From contig JBALWS010000005.1 in the NCBI GenBank assembly GCA_036960405.1, positions 10,137 through 74,136 of the forward strand: DNA of 64,000 nucleotides, in the 5' to 3' direction. This document shows, piece after piece, positions 1 to 9,613 of this stretch; position 1 is the first letter of the stretch, and the number at the start of each line of letters is the position of its first letter. Below the pieces are notes generated by a model. That model searched no databases. It saw only the letters and a program-made list of their open reading frames with translations, and was not told the origin of the DNA. The position numbers and the translations under genes were made by a program. The DNA comes from Halopseudomonas sp. Its GTDB lineage: Bacteria > Pseudomonadota > Gammaproteobacteria > Pseudomonadales > Balneatricaceae.

Positions 1-1
1 C

Positions 2-1063
2 GCACTGGTCGGTATGGCAACCAAGTACGCAGAGGCTGTACTGGCGGTCAAATACCGCGAAGTCGACGAAAATGGCAACCATGTCGGCGGACCGATGTAC
101 TACATCAAGAACGGCCTGGGTAAGAAATGGGCCTGGATGGGGACCCTGTTTGCGGTCTTCGGAACCATCGCCGGATTCGGTATCGGCAACACGGTTCAGT
201 CCAACTCGGTAGCTAACGTGATCGAAGCCAACTTTGGTGTACCGATGTGGGTTACCGGAATCGTGCTGATGGTATTGACCGGCGCAGTACTGATCGGTGG
301 TATCAAGCGGATCGGTAACGTAGCGGGCATGCTGGTTCCGTTTATGGCGATAGCCTATCTGGTTGCTGGCCTAATCGTTCTGGCGATCAACGCCGATGCC
401 ATCCCCGCCGCACTGAACCTGATCTTCACCCACGCCTTTACCGGTACCGCGGCCGAAGGTGGTTTTGCCGGAGCTGCGGTCTGGATGGCGATCCGCTTCG
501 GTGTCGCTCGGGGTGTATTCTCCAACGAGGCTGGTCTGGGTAGTGCGCCGATTGCACACGCCGCGGCACAGACCAAAGACCCCGTTAAACAGGGTCTGAT
601 CGCGATGTTGGGTACCTTTATCGACACCCTGATCATCTGCTCGATCACCGGTCTGGTAATCATCACCTCGGGTCTATGGACCAGCGGTGAATCGGGTGCG
701 GCACTGACCTCGGCTGCGTTTGCCGATGCTTTACCCGGCGTTGGTAACTATCTGGTAGCGATCTCCCTGGCGATCTTTGCCTTCACCACTATCCTGGGTT
801 GGAGTCTCTACGGTGAGCGTTGCGCTGAGTACCTGTTCGGCGTCAAGATCATCGTACCGTTTCGGGTCCTGTGGATCCTGGCAGTACCGGTCGGCACTAT
901 CGTTAGCCTCGACTTCGTCTGGTTACTGGCCGATACCCTCAACGCGATGATGGCAATCCCCAACCTGATTGCGCTGGCTCTGCTTAGCCCTGTGGTCTTC
1001 AAACTGACTCGCGAGTATTTCGAGCGACAGATGCAAGATAACGGAACACAAGCTCAGTCATAA
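2..1063 (+). CDS. Alanine/glycine:cation symporter (AlsT/AgcS family), 5'-truncated by window edge
   Basis: Frame is open from position 2; family motifs RGVFSNEAGLGSAPIAHAAA, FIDTLIICSITG, FAFTTILGWS, MAIPNLIAL; multiple hydrophobic segments. Confidence 0.93.
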   Translation, partial: ALVGMATKYAEAVLAVKYREVDENGNHVGGPMYYIKNGLGKKWAWMGTLFAVFGTIAGFGIGNTVQSNSVANVIEANFGVPMWVTGIVLMVLTGAVLIGGIKRIGNVAGMLVPFMAIAYLVAGLIVLAINADAIPAALNLIFTHAFTGTAAEGGFAGAAVWMAIRFGVARGVFSNEAGLGSAPIAHAAAQTKDPVKQGLIAMLGTFIDTLIICSITGLVIITSGLWTSGESGAALTSAAFADALPGVGNYLVAISLAIFAFTTILGWSLYGERCAEYLFGVKIIVPFRVLWILAVPVGTIVSLDFVWLLADTLNAMMAIPNLIALALLSPVVFKLTREYFERQMQDNGTQAQS

Positions 1064-1106
1064 CAGAACCTAACCTTCGGAGAGGAGAACACTCCTCTTC
1101 GTAGGG

Positions 1107-1147
1107 ATTTGTGAATAGATCATCGTTGCGGTGATCTATTCACAGAT
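1107..1147. other. Long intergenic stem-loop (about 19 bp stem including G-U pairs) upstream of gcvT
   Basis: ATTTGTGAATAGATCATCG-TTG-CGGTGATCTATTCACAGAT; a second hairpin GAGGAG-AACA-CTCCTC lies within 1078-1101. Confidence 0.75.
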
Positions 1148-1219
1148 TCCGCTACCCTAACAACACCCAAACAACCCGTACCGCACCCCTCCAGGCCTGC
1201 GGTCAGCAAGGAGAGAAAC

Positions 1220-2347
1220 ATGGCTTCATCAAACGCAACACTGGCCAAGACGCCCCTTTACGACCTGCACCTCGAACTAGGTGGCAAGATGGTCCCCTTC
1301 GCTGGCTATGAGATGCCGGTGCAATATCCACTCGGGGTCAAGAAAGAGCATATCCAGACCCGCGAAAGCGCGGGCTTGTTCGACGTTTCGCACATGGGCC
1401 AAGTACTGCTCAAGGGTGACAACGCCGCTGCAGCACTAGAGAAGCTGGTTCCGGTCGACATCATCGACCTGCCTGCGGGCAAGCAACGTTATGCCCTGTT
1501 CACCAACGATGCGGGCGGTATCATGGACGACCTGATGGTCAGCAACCTCGGCGACAAACTGTTTGTGGTGGTCAACGCCGCCTGCAAGGAACAGGACATC
1601 GCCCATATGCGCGCCAACCTCGGTAACGACGTTGAGATCGAAGTATTGGAAGACCGTGCGCTGCTGGCCCTGCAAGGCCCTAAGGCTGCCGAAGCGCTGG
1701 CTCGCATCCAGCCTGAAGTCGCCAGCATGGTATTTATGGATTCACGCGCGATCGTCATCGATGGCGTCGAATGCCTGATCGGCCGTGCCGGTTACACCGG
1801 TGAAGACGGCTACGAAATTTCTATCCCTGCCAGTGAAGCAGAGCGTATCGCCCGGTTATTACTGGCCCAACCCGAGATCGAGGCGATAGGCCTCGGTGCT
1901 CGCGACTCGTTGCGCCTAGAATCGGGGCTGTGCCTCTACGGTCATGATATCGACACCACTACCACCCCGGTTGAAGCAAGCCTGCTCTGGGCGATCAGCA
2001 AGATCCGTCGTACTGAAGGCGAGCGCCAAGGCGGCTTCCCCGGCGCCGACATTATCCTCGACCAGATCCAAACCAAGGCGGTCAACCGCAAGCGCGTTGG
2101 TCTGATCGGTCAAGGCAAAGCACCGATCCGTGAAGGCGCAGAGCTGGTCAACGCTGAAGGCGAGCCGGTCGGCATCGTCACCAGCGGCAGCTTCGGCCCC
2201 ACTATCGGCGTCCCGGTCGCAATGGGCTATGTAGCAATCGAATACGCCGCCCTCGATACCGAAGTGTTCGCTTTGGTTCGCGGCAAGCAACTACCGATGA
2301 ACGTCGCCAAAGCGCCGTTCGTTGAGCAACGCTACTACCGCGGTTAA
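1220..2347 (+). CDS. gcvT: Glycine cleavage system aminomethyltransferase T
   Basis: KTPLYDLH, FAGYEMPVQY, GLFDVSHMGQ, GYTGEDGYEI, GLGARDSLRLESGLCLYG, PFVEQRYYRG; SD AAGGAG upstream. Confidence 0.97.
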   Translation: MASSNATLAKTPLYDLHLELGGKMVPFAGYEMPVQYPLGVKKEHIQTRESAGLFDVSHMGQVLLKGDNAAAALEKLVPVDIIDLPAGKQRYALFTNDAGGIMDDLMVSNLGDKLFVVVNAACKEQDIAHMRANLGNDVEIEVLEDRALLALQGPKAAEALARIQPEVASMVFMDSRAIVIDGVECLIGRAGYTGEDGYEISIPASEAERIARLLLAQPEIEAIGLGARDSLRLESGLCLYGHDIDTTTTPVEASLLWAISKIRRTEGERQGGFPGADIILDQIQTKAVNRKRVGLIGQGKAPIREGAELVNAEGEPVGIVTSGSFGPTIGVPVAMGYVAIEYAALDTEVFALVRGKQLPMNVAKAPFVEQRYYRG

Positions 2348-2392
2348 CCAGCCCAGGATTAACCCCAAGCCGTTGTCGCAACCCTGTTGTTT

Positions 2393-2446
2393 AGGTACAA
2401 ACCCCGAGTGAGCTTTCCTAGAAAATAATCGCTCGGGACTGTACCT
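2393..2446. other. Long imperfect stem-loop in gcvT-lipA spacer
   Basis: AGGTACA...TGTACCT outer stem, CCCGAGTGA/TCGCTCGGG middle stem, TTTC/GAAA inner stem. Confidence 0.65.
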
Positions 2447-2477
2447 CTGCAGCTTATACCGATCCATGGAGAACCTT

Positions 2478-3431
2478 ATGCAACTGATCGAAACGGTCGA
2501 ATTGAGCCAGCTCAAAGGCGAGTCGAAGATGGCCCGATTGAAGCAAAAGCCAGACCCACAACGGCCAAGGTTGCGTAAACCCGACTGGATTCGTATCGAC
2601 GCCCACAGCAACGCCAATGTCGCTGCGGTCAAAGCAGAGCTGCGTGAGAAGAAGCTACACACCGTCTGCGAGCAGGCATCGTGTCCTAACCTGGGCGAAT
2701 GTTTCAGCAAGAAAACCGCCACCTTTATGGTGATGGGCGCCATCTGTACTCGCCGCTGCCCGTTCTGCGATGTCGCCCACGGTAAGCCAATGGCACTGGA
2801 TCCTAACGAGCCGTTGGAGATGTCGCGTACCATTCGCAGCCTGGGATTAAAGTATGCGGTGATCACCTCGGTCGACCGCGATGACTTGCGCGACGGCGGT
2901 GCAGCCCATTTCTCCGCCTGCGTCAGCGAGACCCGCAAGCGCAACCCCGACACCCGGATCGAGATCCTGGTACCCGATTTTCGCGGCAAGATAGAGCAGG
3001 CGCTCGACGCGCTGGCCACCGACCTGCCCGACGTACTCAACCACAACCTCGAAACGGTTCCTCGCCTGTACGACAAGTGCCGCCCCGGTGCCGACTACCA
3101 ATGGTCGCTGGATCTGCTCAAACGTTACAAACAAAACCACCCGCAGGTGGTCACTAAGTCAGGGCTGATGGTCGGACTGGGCGAGTCCATCGTCGAGATT
3201 GTGGAGGTGATGCAGGATCTGCGCGCTCATAATGTGGAGATGATCACCATCGGTCAGTACCTGCAACCCAGCCGCCACCACTTGGCTGTCGAGCGTTACG
3301 TCACCCCCGAGGAGTTTGCCGAGCTGGAAAGCATCGGCTACGACCTGGGATTCGACAACGTCGCGGCGGGCCCGATGGTGCGCTCCTCCTATCACGCCGA
3401 TCGTCAGGCCGACGGCTACGAAGTTCGCTAG
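2478..3431 (+). CDS. lipA: Lipoyl synthase (radical SAM)
   Basis: [12 protein letters not shown] (CX4CX5C), CTRRCPFC (CX3CX2C), [17 protein letters not shown]-terminal RSSY; start moved to 2478 because GGAG SD precedes this ATG. Confidence 0.97.
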   Translation: MQLIETVELSQLKGESKMARLKQKPDPQRPRLRKPDWIRIDAHSNANVAAVKAELREKKLHTVCEQASCPNLGECFSKKTATFMVMGAICTRRCPFCDVAHGKPMALDPNEPLEMSRTIRSLGLKYAVITSVDRDDLRDGGAAHFSACVSETRKRNPDTRIEILVPDFRGKIEQALDALATDLPDVLNHNLETVPRLYDKCRPGADYQWSLDLLKRYKQNHPQVVTKSGLMVGLGESIVEIVEVMQDLRAHNVEMITIGQYLQPSRHHLAVERYVTPEEFAELESIGYDLGFDNVAAGPMVRSSYHADRQADGYEVR

Positions 3432-3449
3432 ATAAAGGAGGCGACAATC

Positions 3450-3998
3450 GTGAAAAAGCACGCCGAAGCTAGCCGCTCATCGCCACTGGTTTACCTCAAC
3501 CTGGCATCGATGGCCGACGGAACTCAGCTGCGGGAAGACCCACTAATCTCTTCGCTGACACTGCAGCATCAACCCGACGACTGCCGCCTGCTGATCGCGC
3601 TGGGCGAAGTCAGCGGCAGTGATCGCCCGATCAGCCCCAAGCGGATGACACGGCTGAGCGAAGTGTTAATTGTTTGGCTGGATGAACGTGAATGGTTGGT
3701 TCTGCCTCATACCCGTTACGGTCACGATCTGGAGCAAGCGCTGGAAAACAGCTTCGGTGACAGCCTTAGCCTTGACCTGATACCCGACGGTACTTTTCAG
3801 GCCGAGCTGTCGGATGACGCGAGGAAACAGCTAAAAGCGGCTCAAAATCACCCGCTCAATGGCAGTCAAGAGCCGAATATTCAACAGCTTGATAGCGTCT
3901 GCATCCGCCCCTGGACGCGAATGATCGCCTACGATTTGCTACTCACTCGTGCAGACAAGGCACGACTCGAAGAGTGGCTGGCACCGCTGCAGTATTAG
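3450..3998 (+). CDS. Hypothetical protein resembling a divergent sarcosine oxidase gamma subunit (SoxG-like)
   Basis: SD AAGGAGG; IVWLDEREWLVL resembles VLWLGPDEWLLV and YDLLLTRADKARLEEWL resembles the SoxG C-terminus; CDS likely, function tentative. Confidence 0.55.
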   Translation: MKKHAEASRSSPLVYLNLASMADGTQLREDPLISSLTLQHQPDDCRLLIALGEVSGSDRPISPKRMTRLSEVLIVWLDEREWLVLPHTRYGHDLEQALENSFGDSLSLDLIPDGTFQAELSDDARKQLKAAQNHPLNGSQEPNIQQLDSVCIRPWTRMIAYDLLLTRADKARLEEWLAPLQY

Positions 3999-4021
3999 CA
4001 CCGCGAAAACGAGTGCGCGGT

Positions 4022-4366
4022 TTACTCCTGTAGCTCCTCAATTCCACCGCCGTTAACCACCTGACTATAGCCCGCCGCCATCAGCGCCTCTTTGGCGATA
4101 CCCGCACGTCCGCCACTGAGGCAGTAGAGCACTACTGGTCGGTCTTTACGCACTTCTAAATGTTGCAGTTGGGCAACAATTTGCCGGTACGGAATATGAA
4201 CCGAGTTGGCCAGGTGGGCTTCGGCGTATTCCTGAGTGGTCCGAACATCGATCACCAACGCTCCCGCAGCGACCATCTGTTTGGCGGCCTTATCTTGATC
4301 AGAGGCGAGGGACAGATGGCTCAAGCTCAGAGCCAGCAACAAAGTGATAACAGAGAAAATTTTCAT
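4022..4366 (-). CDS. Exported single-domain rhodanese (PspE-like)
   Basis: Signal peptide; ALVIDVRTTQEYAEAHL; active-site loop VVLYCLSGGRA. Confidence 0.88.
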   Translation of the reverse strand: MKIFSVITLLLALSLSHLSLASDQDKAAKQMVAAGALVIDVRTTQEYAEAHLANSVHIPYRQIVAQLQHLEVRKDRPVVLYCLSGGRAGIAKEALMAAGYSQVVNGGGIEELQE

Positions 4367-4393
4367 GACGTGCCCTCAAAAAACTACCGACTA

Positions 4394-5152
4394 TTATTGT
4401 CCCGCTATAATCTTGTCGATCACTCCTTCCTGCCGTAGTTCATTAATGATGCCATTAATAGCAGGAATCAATTTTCTAGCGTCAGTTTTGTTAGAAAAAC
4501 CGATAAAAAAGGGCTTTTCATATAAGCTCTGAGAAGAAGCCCTCGCCAAGTTTTGCAGCCCTAGCTCTTCCAAAAACGCTCTGCCCACAACCTCATTGGT
4601 CGCGACCAGATCTATTCTATCTAAAGCCAGCAACCGGAAGCAGTCCCTATCGGCATCCATCTTCTGTAGCTTCAATGCTACACCTTTAGCAATCTGTTCA
4701 TCAAAGGTATCAGCGATACTAAAAGAGTCCTGAACCGCGATACGGTATTGAGTCAGATCCTCAAAGGAATCCCAAGAAACTCCCTCAGGGAAAGACGCAG
4801 TTTTGTAAAAGAAGACCGTTCGCGCTTGAAATAAAGGCGCGGAAAACGTCATATATTCTTCACGTTTTGGTGTTTTAAACAGCAACGGAATGCCATCGTA
4901 GGTCCCCGCTTCGACGCCATGCAATGCTCGTCGCCAAGGGGTTAAAACGATTTCAGCCTCGGCCCCTTCAATCCGATCAAAAATCTGCTGAATCAACTCA
5001 ACCGCAATGCCAGCAGTGGCTTTGGAACCGTCTGCGGCTTCACCCAATACGTAGGGAGGCCAGGGGTCATTGGCCAAGACCACCCTATCCTGGGCAGACA
5101 CCAGTGAGGAGGACAGGACGAACAGTAGTAACGTAACGAATAGTCGGGGCAT
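4394..5152 (-). CDS. Periplasmic substrate-binding protein (family 3 / PBPb-like), orphan
   Basis: Signal peptide; LANDPWPPYV, GIAVEL, PWRRAL, REEYMTFSAP, LLALDRIDL. Confidence 0.85.
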   Translation of the reverse strand: MPRLFVTLLLFVLSSSLVSAQDRVVLANDPWPPYVLGEAADGSKATAGIAVELIQQIFDRIEGAEAEIVLTPWRRALHGVEAGTYDGIPLLFKTPKREEYMTFSAPLFQARTVFFYKTASFPEGVSWDSFEDLTQYRIAVQDSFSIADTFDEQIAKGVALKLQKMDADRDCFRLLALDRIDLVATNEVVGRAFLEELGLQNLARASSQSLYEKPFFIGFSNKTDARKLIPAINGIINELRQEGVIDKIIAGQ

Positions 5153-5221
5153 CTCTTCATCCTAGTACGGCTTGGTTAACAGAGCCTTTTAGCCCAAATT
5201 ACCTTCGGCCGCAGCTTTGGG

Positions 5222-5560
5222 CTAAGCCTCCGTTTTCTCTGCAAAATAAGTCGTTATCCATAGACACAGCTGCGACACGGTCAGTTGCTCAAACGCCAAA
5301 TCGGTAAACTCCGCAGCCGGCGCCTGATCACGAAAACCAAACTGATAGGACACCTCACCCGGCTTATCATCGTTTAGCAACAAGGTGATGCGCTTGCCCG
5401 TTTTAATACAATCGATGGTCATCACATCGACAGGAAAGCCCGAATCGCGCAGATTGCGACTCACCCCAACGATCGGGTCGATGCCCCTAACATTCGCCTG
5501 CACCTCGGCCTGCGCGGCGGCTGCAATATCGGACAGGGCGTAGATGTTCTGAGTGGTCAC
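5222..5560 (-). CDS. Hypothetical protein
   Basis: 112 aa ORF co-oriented with neighbours, fills the gap, plausible globular composition. Confidence 0.7.
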   Translation of the reverse strand: MTTQNIYALSDIAAAAQAEVQANVRGIDPIVGVSRNLRDSGFPVDVMTIDCIKTGKRITLLLNDDKPGEVSYQFGFRDQAPAAEFTDLAFEQLTVSQLCLWITTYFAEKTEA

Positions 5561-5633
5561 AACGAATAGTCCTTAGTTAACAGTAGTTTCGACGAAGCAA
5601 GATAAACATTCTGCGACTGATACATGCAAACGG

Positions 5634-6380
5634 CTATTTACCGCCAGCCAAGTCGATAAAAGAGCCGGTGATATATGATGCCTCATCGCTTAACAGATAC
5701 GTAATCGCCGATGCCACTTCGGCTGGCTGGCCACCACGTTTTAACGGTATCTGACTTTTCAGCCGGTTGATTCTATCGGGCTCACCGCCGTCAGCATGCA
5801 TATCGGTATGGATAAAACCCGGGCGCACCCCATTAACCCGAATCCCCTGCTCGGCCACTTCAAGCGATAGCCCTGTCGTCAGCGTATCGATGGCGCCTTT
5901 GGATGCGGCATAATCGACGTACTCATTGGGTGAGCCCGATCGAGCCGCAACAGAGGATACATTGACGATTGCGCCACCCTTGCCGCCGTATTTTTTTGAC
6001 ATCCGCTGTATGGCTTCGCGGCAACATAAAAAAACACCGGTTACATTGGTCGCCAGCAAAGTATTAACACGCTCTGCAGTTAAGTGCTCGACCCGAGTTT
6101 GAGGAAATAAAATAGCGGCATTATTGACCAGCGCAGAGAGCGGCCCAAGCTGTTCATCGAGCTGATTAAACAAAGTCACCACATCGCTCTCTTTCGAGAC
6201 ATCCGCTTTGACCGCTATAGCCTTTTGACCCAATTGATGAATCTTGGCAACGACTTGTAATGCCGCAGCTTGGTTTGATTTATAGTTTACGCAAACATCG
6301 TACCCTTTAGCGGCCAAATCGATTGCCGTTGCGGCGCCGATCCCCCTACTCGCTCCCGTCACCAATGCGACTTTCATCAC
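5634..6380 (-). CDS. SDR family oxidoreductase (YgfF-like)
   Basis: TGASRGIG, LVNNAA, catalytic YAASK, NGVRPG; SD GAGGAG. Confidence 0.93.
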   Translation of the reverse strand: MMKVALVTGASRGIGAATAIDLAAKGYDVCVNYKSNQAAALQVVAKIHQLGQKAIAVKADVSKESDVVTLFNQLDEQLGPLSALVNNAAILFPQTRVEHLTAERVNTLLATNVTGVFLCCREAIQRMSKKYGGKGGAIVNVSSVAARSGSPNEYVDYAASKGAIDTLTTGLSLEVAEQGIRVNGVRPGFIHTDMHADGGEPDRINRLKSQIPLKRGGQPAEVASAITYLLSDEASYITGSFIDLAGGK

Positions 6381-6535
6381 AGCTCCTCACTTAAACGCCC
6401 CATATATATCTCTAAGATCGTATGAATAGACCTATCGCCCTACACACCCATAATCGCCCCTCAGATTAACCCGAATTATGCATAATTTCGCCATAGATGA
6501 ATCAACTACCATAGCCGTCCATGCTATTTCACTAG

Positions 6536-6564
6536 CTGACGCCACGCCGCCAACCAGCTATGAT
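6536..6564 (+). promoter_or_regulatory. Candidate sigma70 promoter for ppnP operon
   Basis: CTGACG-17 bp-TATGAT, 40 bp upstream of ppnP start. Confidence 0.55.
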
Positions 6565-6604
6565 TAGCGCAATTTTTACGCTGATGCAGAGTTAAGGAAC
6601 CACC

Positions 6605-6916
6605 ATGTCCCAATTCGATAATGTCTCAATCGTTAAACAAGCCAACGCCTACTTTGACGGCAAGGTGACCAGCCGCGCGGTGCTGTTTGCCGACGGTAGC
6701 AAAAAGACGTTAGGGATCATGATGCCGGGCGAGTACGAGCTTGGTACCGAGCAGGCAGAGCTGATGGAGATTATGGCGGGCGACTTGGAGGTGTTACTAC
6801 CGGGCCAAACCGATTGGCAACATATCGTCGGCGGCCAAGAGTTTAACGTGCCTGCCAATGCTGTGTTCAGTCTACGAATTAAGCAGCTCACCGACTACTG
6901 CTGCTCTTACTTTTAA
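6605..6916 (+). CDS. ppnP: Pyrimidine/purine nucleoside phosphorylase (DUF1255)
   Basis: ANAYFDGKVTSR, KTLGIMMPGEY, ELMEI, FNVPAN, DYCCSYF. Confidence 0.93.
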   Translation: MSQFDNVSIVKQANAYFDGKVTSRAVLFADGSKKTLGIMMPGEYELGTEQAELMEIMAGDLEVLLPGQTDWQHIVGGQEFNVPANAVFSLRIKQLTDYCCSYF

Positions 6917-6942
6917 TCCGGATATCAACACGAGTCATCGTC

Positions 6943-7470
6943 ATGAGTTCTCTGAAAGATCAACTGCTCAACGCCGGGCTGGTTAATAAGAAGCAAGTTC
7001 AGCAGGCCAAGAAGCAAAAACATCAACAAAAGCAGAAGGGCCAAGTCACCGCCGACCAGGAAGCGCGTGCGCGAGCCGAACAAGCTAAGTCCGAGAAGAT
7101 CGAGCGCGATCGCGAACTCAACCGCCAACGCCAGGCAGCAGCGGAAGAGAAAGCGATCGTCGCCCAGATCCGTCAATTGATCGATACCAACCAGGTCCGC
7201 AGCGACGGCGGAGAAGTGGCGTACAACTTCACCGATGGCAGCAAAATCAAACGGCTGTACCTGACCGATCTGCTGATCCAGCAACTCAGCAAAGGCCTAC
7301 TAGCGATCGTCAAACAGGACGAAGCCTACACGCTGGTTCCCAATAAGGTTGCCGAGCGAATCGCCCAGCGTGATGAAAGCATCGTCCTGGTTCGCCATAC
7401 CCAGGCGGAAGAGACCGATGAAGACGACCCCTACGCGGATTACCAGATCCCTGACGATCTGATGTGGTAG
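6943..7470 (+). CDS. DUF2058 family protein (YaiL-like)
   Basis: SLKDQLLNAGLV, AQIRQLI, YNFTDG, C-terminal DDPYADYQIPDDLMW. Confidence 0.92.
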   Translation: MSSLKDQLLNAGLVNKKQVQQAKKQKHQQKQKGQVTADQEARARAEQAKSEKIERDRELNRQRQAAAEEKAIVAQIRQLIDTNQVRSDGGEVAYNFTDGSKIKRLYLTDLLIQQLSKGLLAIVKQDEAYTLVPNKVAERIAQRDESIVLVRHTQAEETDEDDPYADYQIPDDLMW

Positions 7471-7498
7471 TGAATACAGCTAGCCTGAGAGCCGAGTT

Positions 7499-7822
7499 AT
7501 GTACCTGACGCTGACCGACCTGGTTTTGTACTTCGCGCTGGCGATTGTCGCTTATATCTGGTGGCACGGACGCGGACTTAAGGACAGCGCCTTTCGCGTG
7601 GTGAAGCGTTACTGCGATGAACAAGACCTGCAACTGCTCGATGAAGGTCTGGTGCTGAACAAGGTACGGATTGGTCGGGGCGAAACGGGGATGCTATGCC
7701 TAAGGCGGCGCTATCGGTTTGAATTTTCGACCACTGGCGATGAACGCTATGTCGGCACCATCGATGTGCTGGGAACGCGGATCCAGTCGATCAAACTCGA
7801 CCCGCACCGAATGCCACACTAA
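7499..7822 (+). CDS. DUF3301 family protein
   Basis: N-terminal TM; YCDEQDLQLLD, RRYRFEFSTTGDERYVG. Confidence 0.85.
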   Translation: MYLTLTDLVLYFALAIVAYIWWHGRGLKDSAFRVVKRYCDEQDLQLLDEGLVLNKVRIGRGETGMLCLRRRYRFEFSTTGDERYVGTIDVLGTRIQSIKLDPHRMPH

Positions 7823-7898
7823 ACATCTGTTCCAAAAGCAGAGCCATCTGAACCGCGCAATGAGTAATTCGACTCGTTACGCGGTCGCCTGGTCAGGA

Positions 7899-8378
7899 TC
7901 AGTGATTACAACCTTCGCCATGAACATGGCCATGTTCCAGCTCGTCTTCGCTCGGCTCACGCACATCAACAACTTCCACTTTAAAGCTCAGCGCCTGGCC
8001 GGCTAACGGATGGTTACCGTCGACGGTGACATTGTCAGCATCCGCGGAGGTAACAACCACCGATACCGGGCCACCGGCGGTGCTGGCTTCGAAACGCATC
8101 CCTACATCGATCTGATCGACGCCGGCAAAGGCATCACGTGGAACGGTCTGGATCATCTCTTCCACTACCGGACCGTAGGCCTCTTCAGCAGCCACATTAA
8201 CGTCCAGCGCGTCGCCCTGCTTTTTACCCAGCAACTCTTTCTCGAGCCCGGGGATGAGGTTGCCATGACCATGCAGGTAGGCAAGCGGCTCGGTACCATC
8301 GGAACTATCTAGCACCTCTCCTTTGGCGTTTGTCAGGGTGTAGTGGATCAACGCCACTTTGTTATCAGAGATCTGCAT
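7899..8378 (-). CDS. slyD: FKBP-type peptidyl-prolyl isomerase SlyD
   Basis: MQISDNKVALIHYTL, YLHGHGNLIPGLE, DGNHPLAGQAL, short His tail HGHVHGEGCNH. Confidence 0.93.
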   Translation of the reverse strand: MQISDNKVALIHYTLTNAKGEVLDSSDGTEPLAYLHGHGNLIPGLEKELLGKKQGDALDVNVAAEEAYGPVVEEMIQTVPRDAFAGVDQIDVGMRFEASTAGGPVSVVVTSADADNVTVDGNHPLAGQALSFKVEVVDVREPSEDELEHGHVHGEGCNH

Positions 8379-8580
8379 ATCTCGGTCCAATTTCAGTGAA
8401 TGAGCCGACAGGGTAGCGGCTTTGAACGTTGCTGAAAAGCCGCAACGATCCCATTTATCCTGCCAACGCCTTCCGCCCGCCTAGCACCGCATCCCCACGC
8501 CACTACAGGCGACGTACTTTACCGCCACTCGGTCGTCACCGATTGCATCGGCTATAGGGGGCAAACTGAGCGGGCATGGT

Positions 8581-9507
8581 ATGATGCGTGTCATTCTGAG
8601 GATCTGCTGTATGCCTGCTCTGCTCTCCCCCTCTAACCGTATGTCAGCCAAGCGTCTGGACGTGTTCCAACAGCTAGGTTTGTTACCCTACCTGGAACAA
8701 CGCCAGCTATTGACGTTTTCCAAACTGCCGCTGCATTGCGAATGGTATCACCACAGCGACGACGCGCCCTGGGTGCTGTTTATTCCTGGCATCGGCACTT
8801 ATAGCGAACTCTATTGTGAAATGTTGGCAAAGATGTCGCAGCGGGGCTTCAACCTGCTCAGCATCGACCTGCCTGGCCACGGATACTCCGGCGGGCCCCG
8901 TGGCAGCTACCAGCTCGACACTCTGGTGACCCAGATCGGCGAGGTGATCGACCATATCGAACAAAGCTATTCAGGCCCGATCACGTTGTTCGGCTGCTCG
9001 ATTGGCTCGCGCATCGCCCTGGCCTTGGCCGAGAGTGATCCGCGCATCAAGGCGCTGATGTGTCACACCCTGCTGATAAACGAAGTACCTCCGGATATCT
9101 TCCATGGTATGGGCTGGCAGGCACTGTCGATGGGGCGTTGGATGATGCCGGGAATGGAGGCCGATTTCCGCACCTTTATCGATATCGACAACATCCTCGA
9201 GCACAATCCGATGGGCGAGTTTGCCCGCCAGGACACGCGGATTGTCTGGAACTACCCGATCGCGACTCTCGATAGCCTCTACAGCGCGTCAAGCCAGATT
9301 CTTGAAAAATCATTAGAGATACCGGCAGCCATTATTGTCGGCGAGCACGATGATGTACTGCCACCCTCGTATATCCGTAGATTGGTTGCCCAAAGCGCCC
9401 AGCCGTTTGATCTATTCGAGGTCTCAGACGCAGCCCATATGCTACCGTTTGATCAGGTAGACATTACCGTCGAGACCGTCTCTGAGTGGCTCAAAGAGGT
9501 TCTGTAG
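8581..9507 (+). CDS. Alpha/beta hydrolase (lysophospholipase-like); true start probably later (8611 or 8641)
   Basis: FIPGIG oxyanion region, DLPGHGYS, nucleophile elbow GCSIG, GEHDDV, AAHML. Confidence 0.85.
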   Translation: MMRVILRICCMPALLSPSNRMSAKRLDVFQQLGLLPYLEQRQLLTFSKLPLHCEWYHHSDDAPWVLFIPGIGTYSELYCEMLAKMSQRGFNLLSIDLPGHGYSGGPRGSYQLDTLVTQIGEVIDHIEQSYSGPITLFGCSIGSRIALALAESDPRIKALMCHTLLINEVPPDIFHGMGWQALSMGRWMMPGMEADFRTFIDIDNILEHNPMGEFARQDTRIVWNYPIATLDSLYSASSQILEKSLEIPAAIIVGEHDDVLPPSYIRRLVAQSAQPFDLFEVSDAAHMLPFDQVDITVETVSEWLKEVL

Positions 9508-9613
9508 GTCGGTAAATGTTGAAGCGGGTCGAGCAGCTCCGCTACTATACGGTTACTTTAAATGGGTGCAGCGACCAACACCCAACGATCTTCTCCATAA
9601 AGGATTGAGATAA

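Noticed and set aside
1064-1219. Glycine riboswitch upstream of gcvT
   Set aside because: GGAGAG and a CCTCCAGG-like piece exist, but the CCGAAG...GCAA core is missing and the stems are simple hairpins; any riboswitch would more likely lie upstream of the operon, outside the window
2291-3076. 261-aa minus-strand ORF
   Set aside because: Antisense shadow of gcvT/lipA with no recognisable motifs
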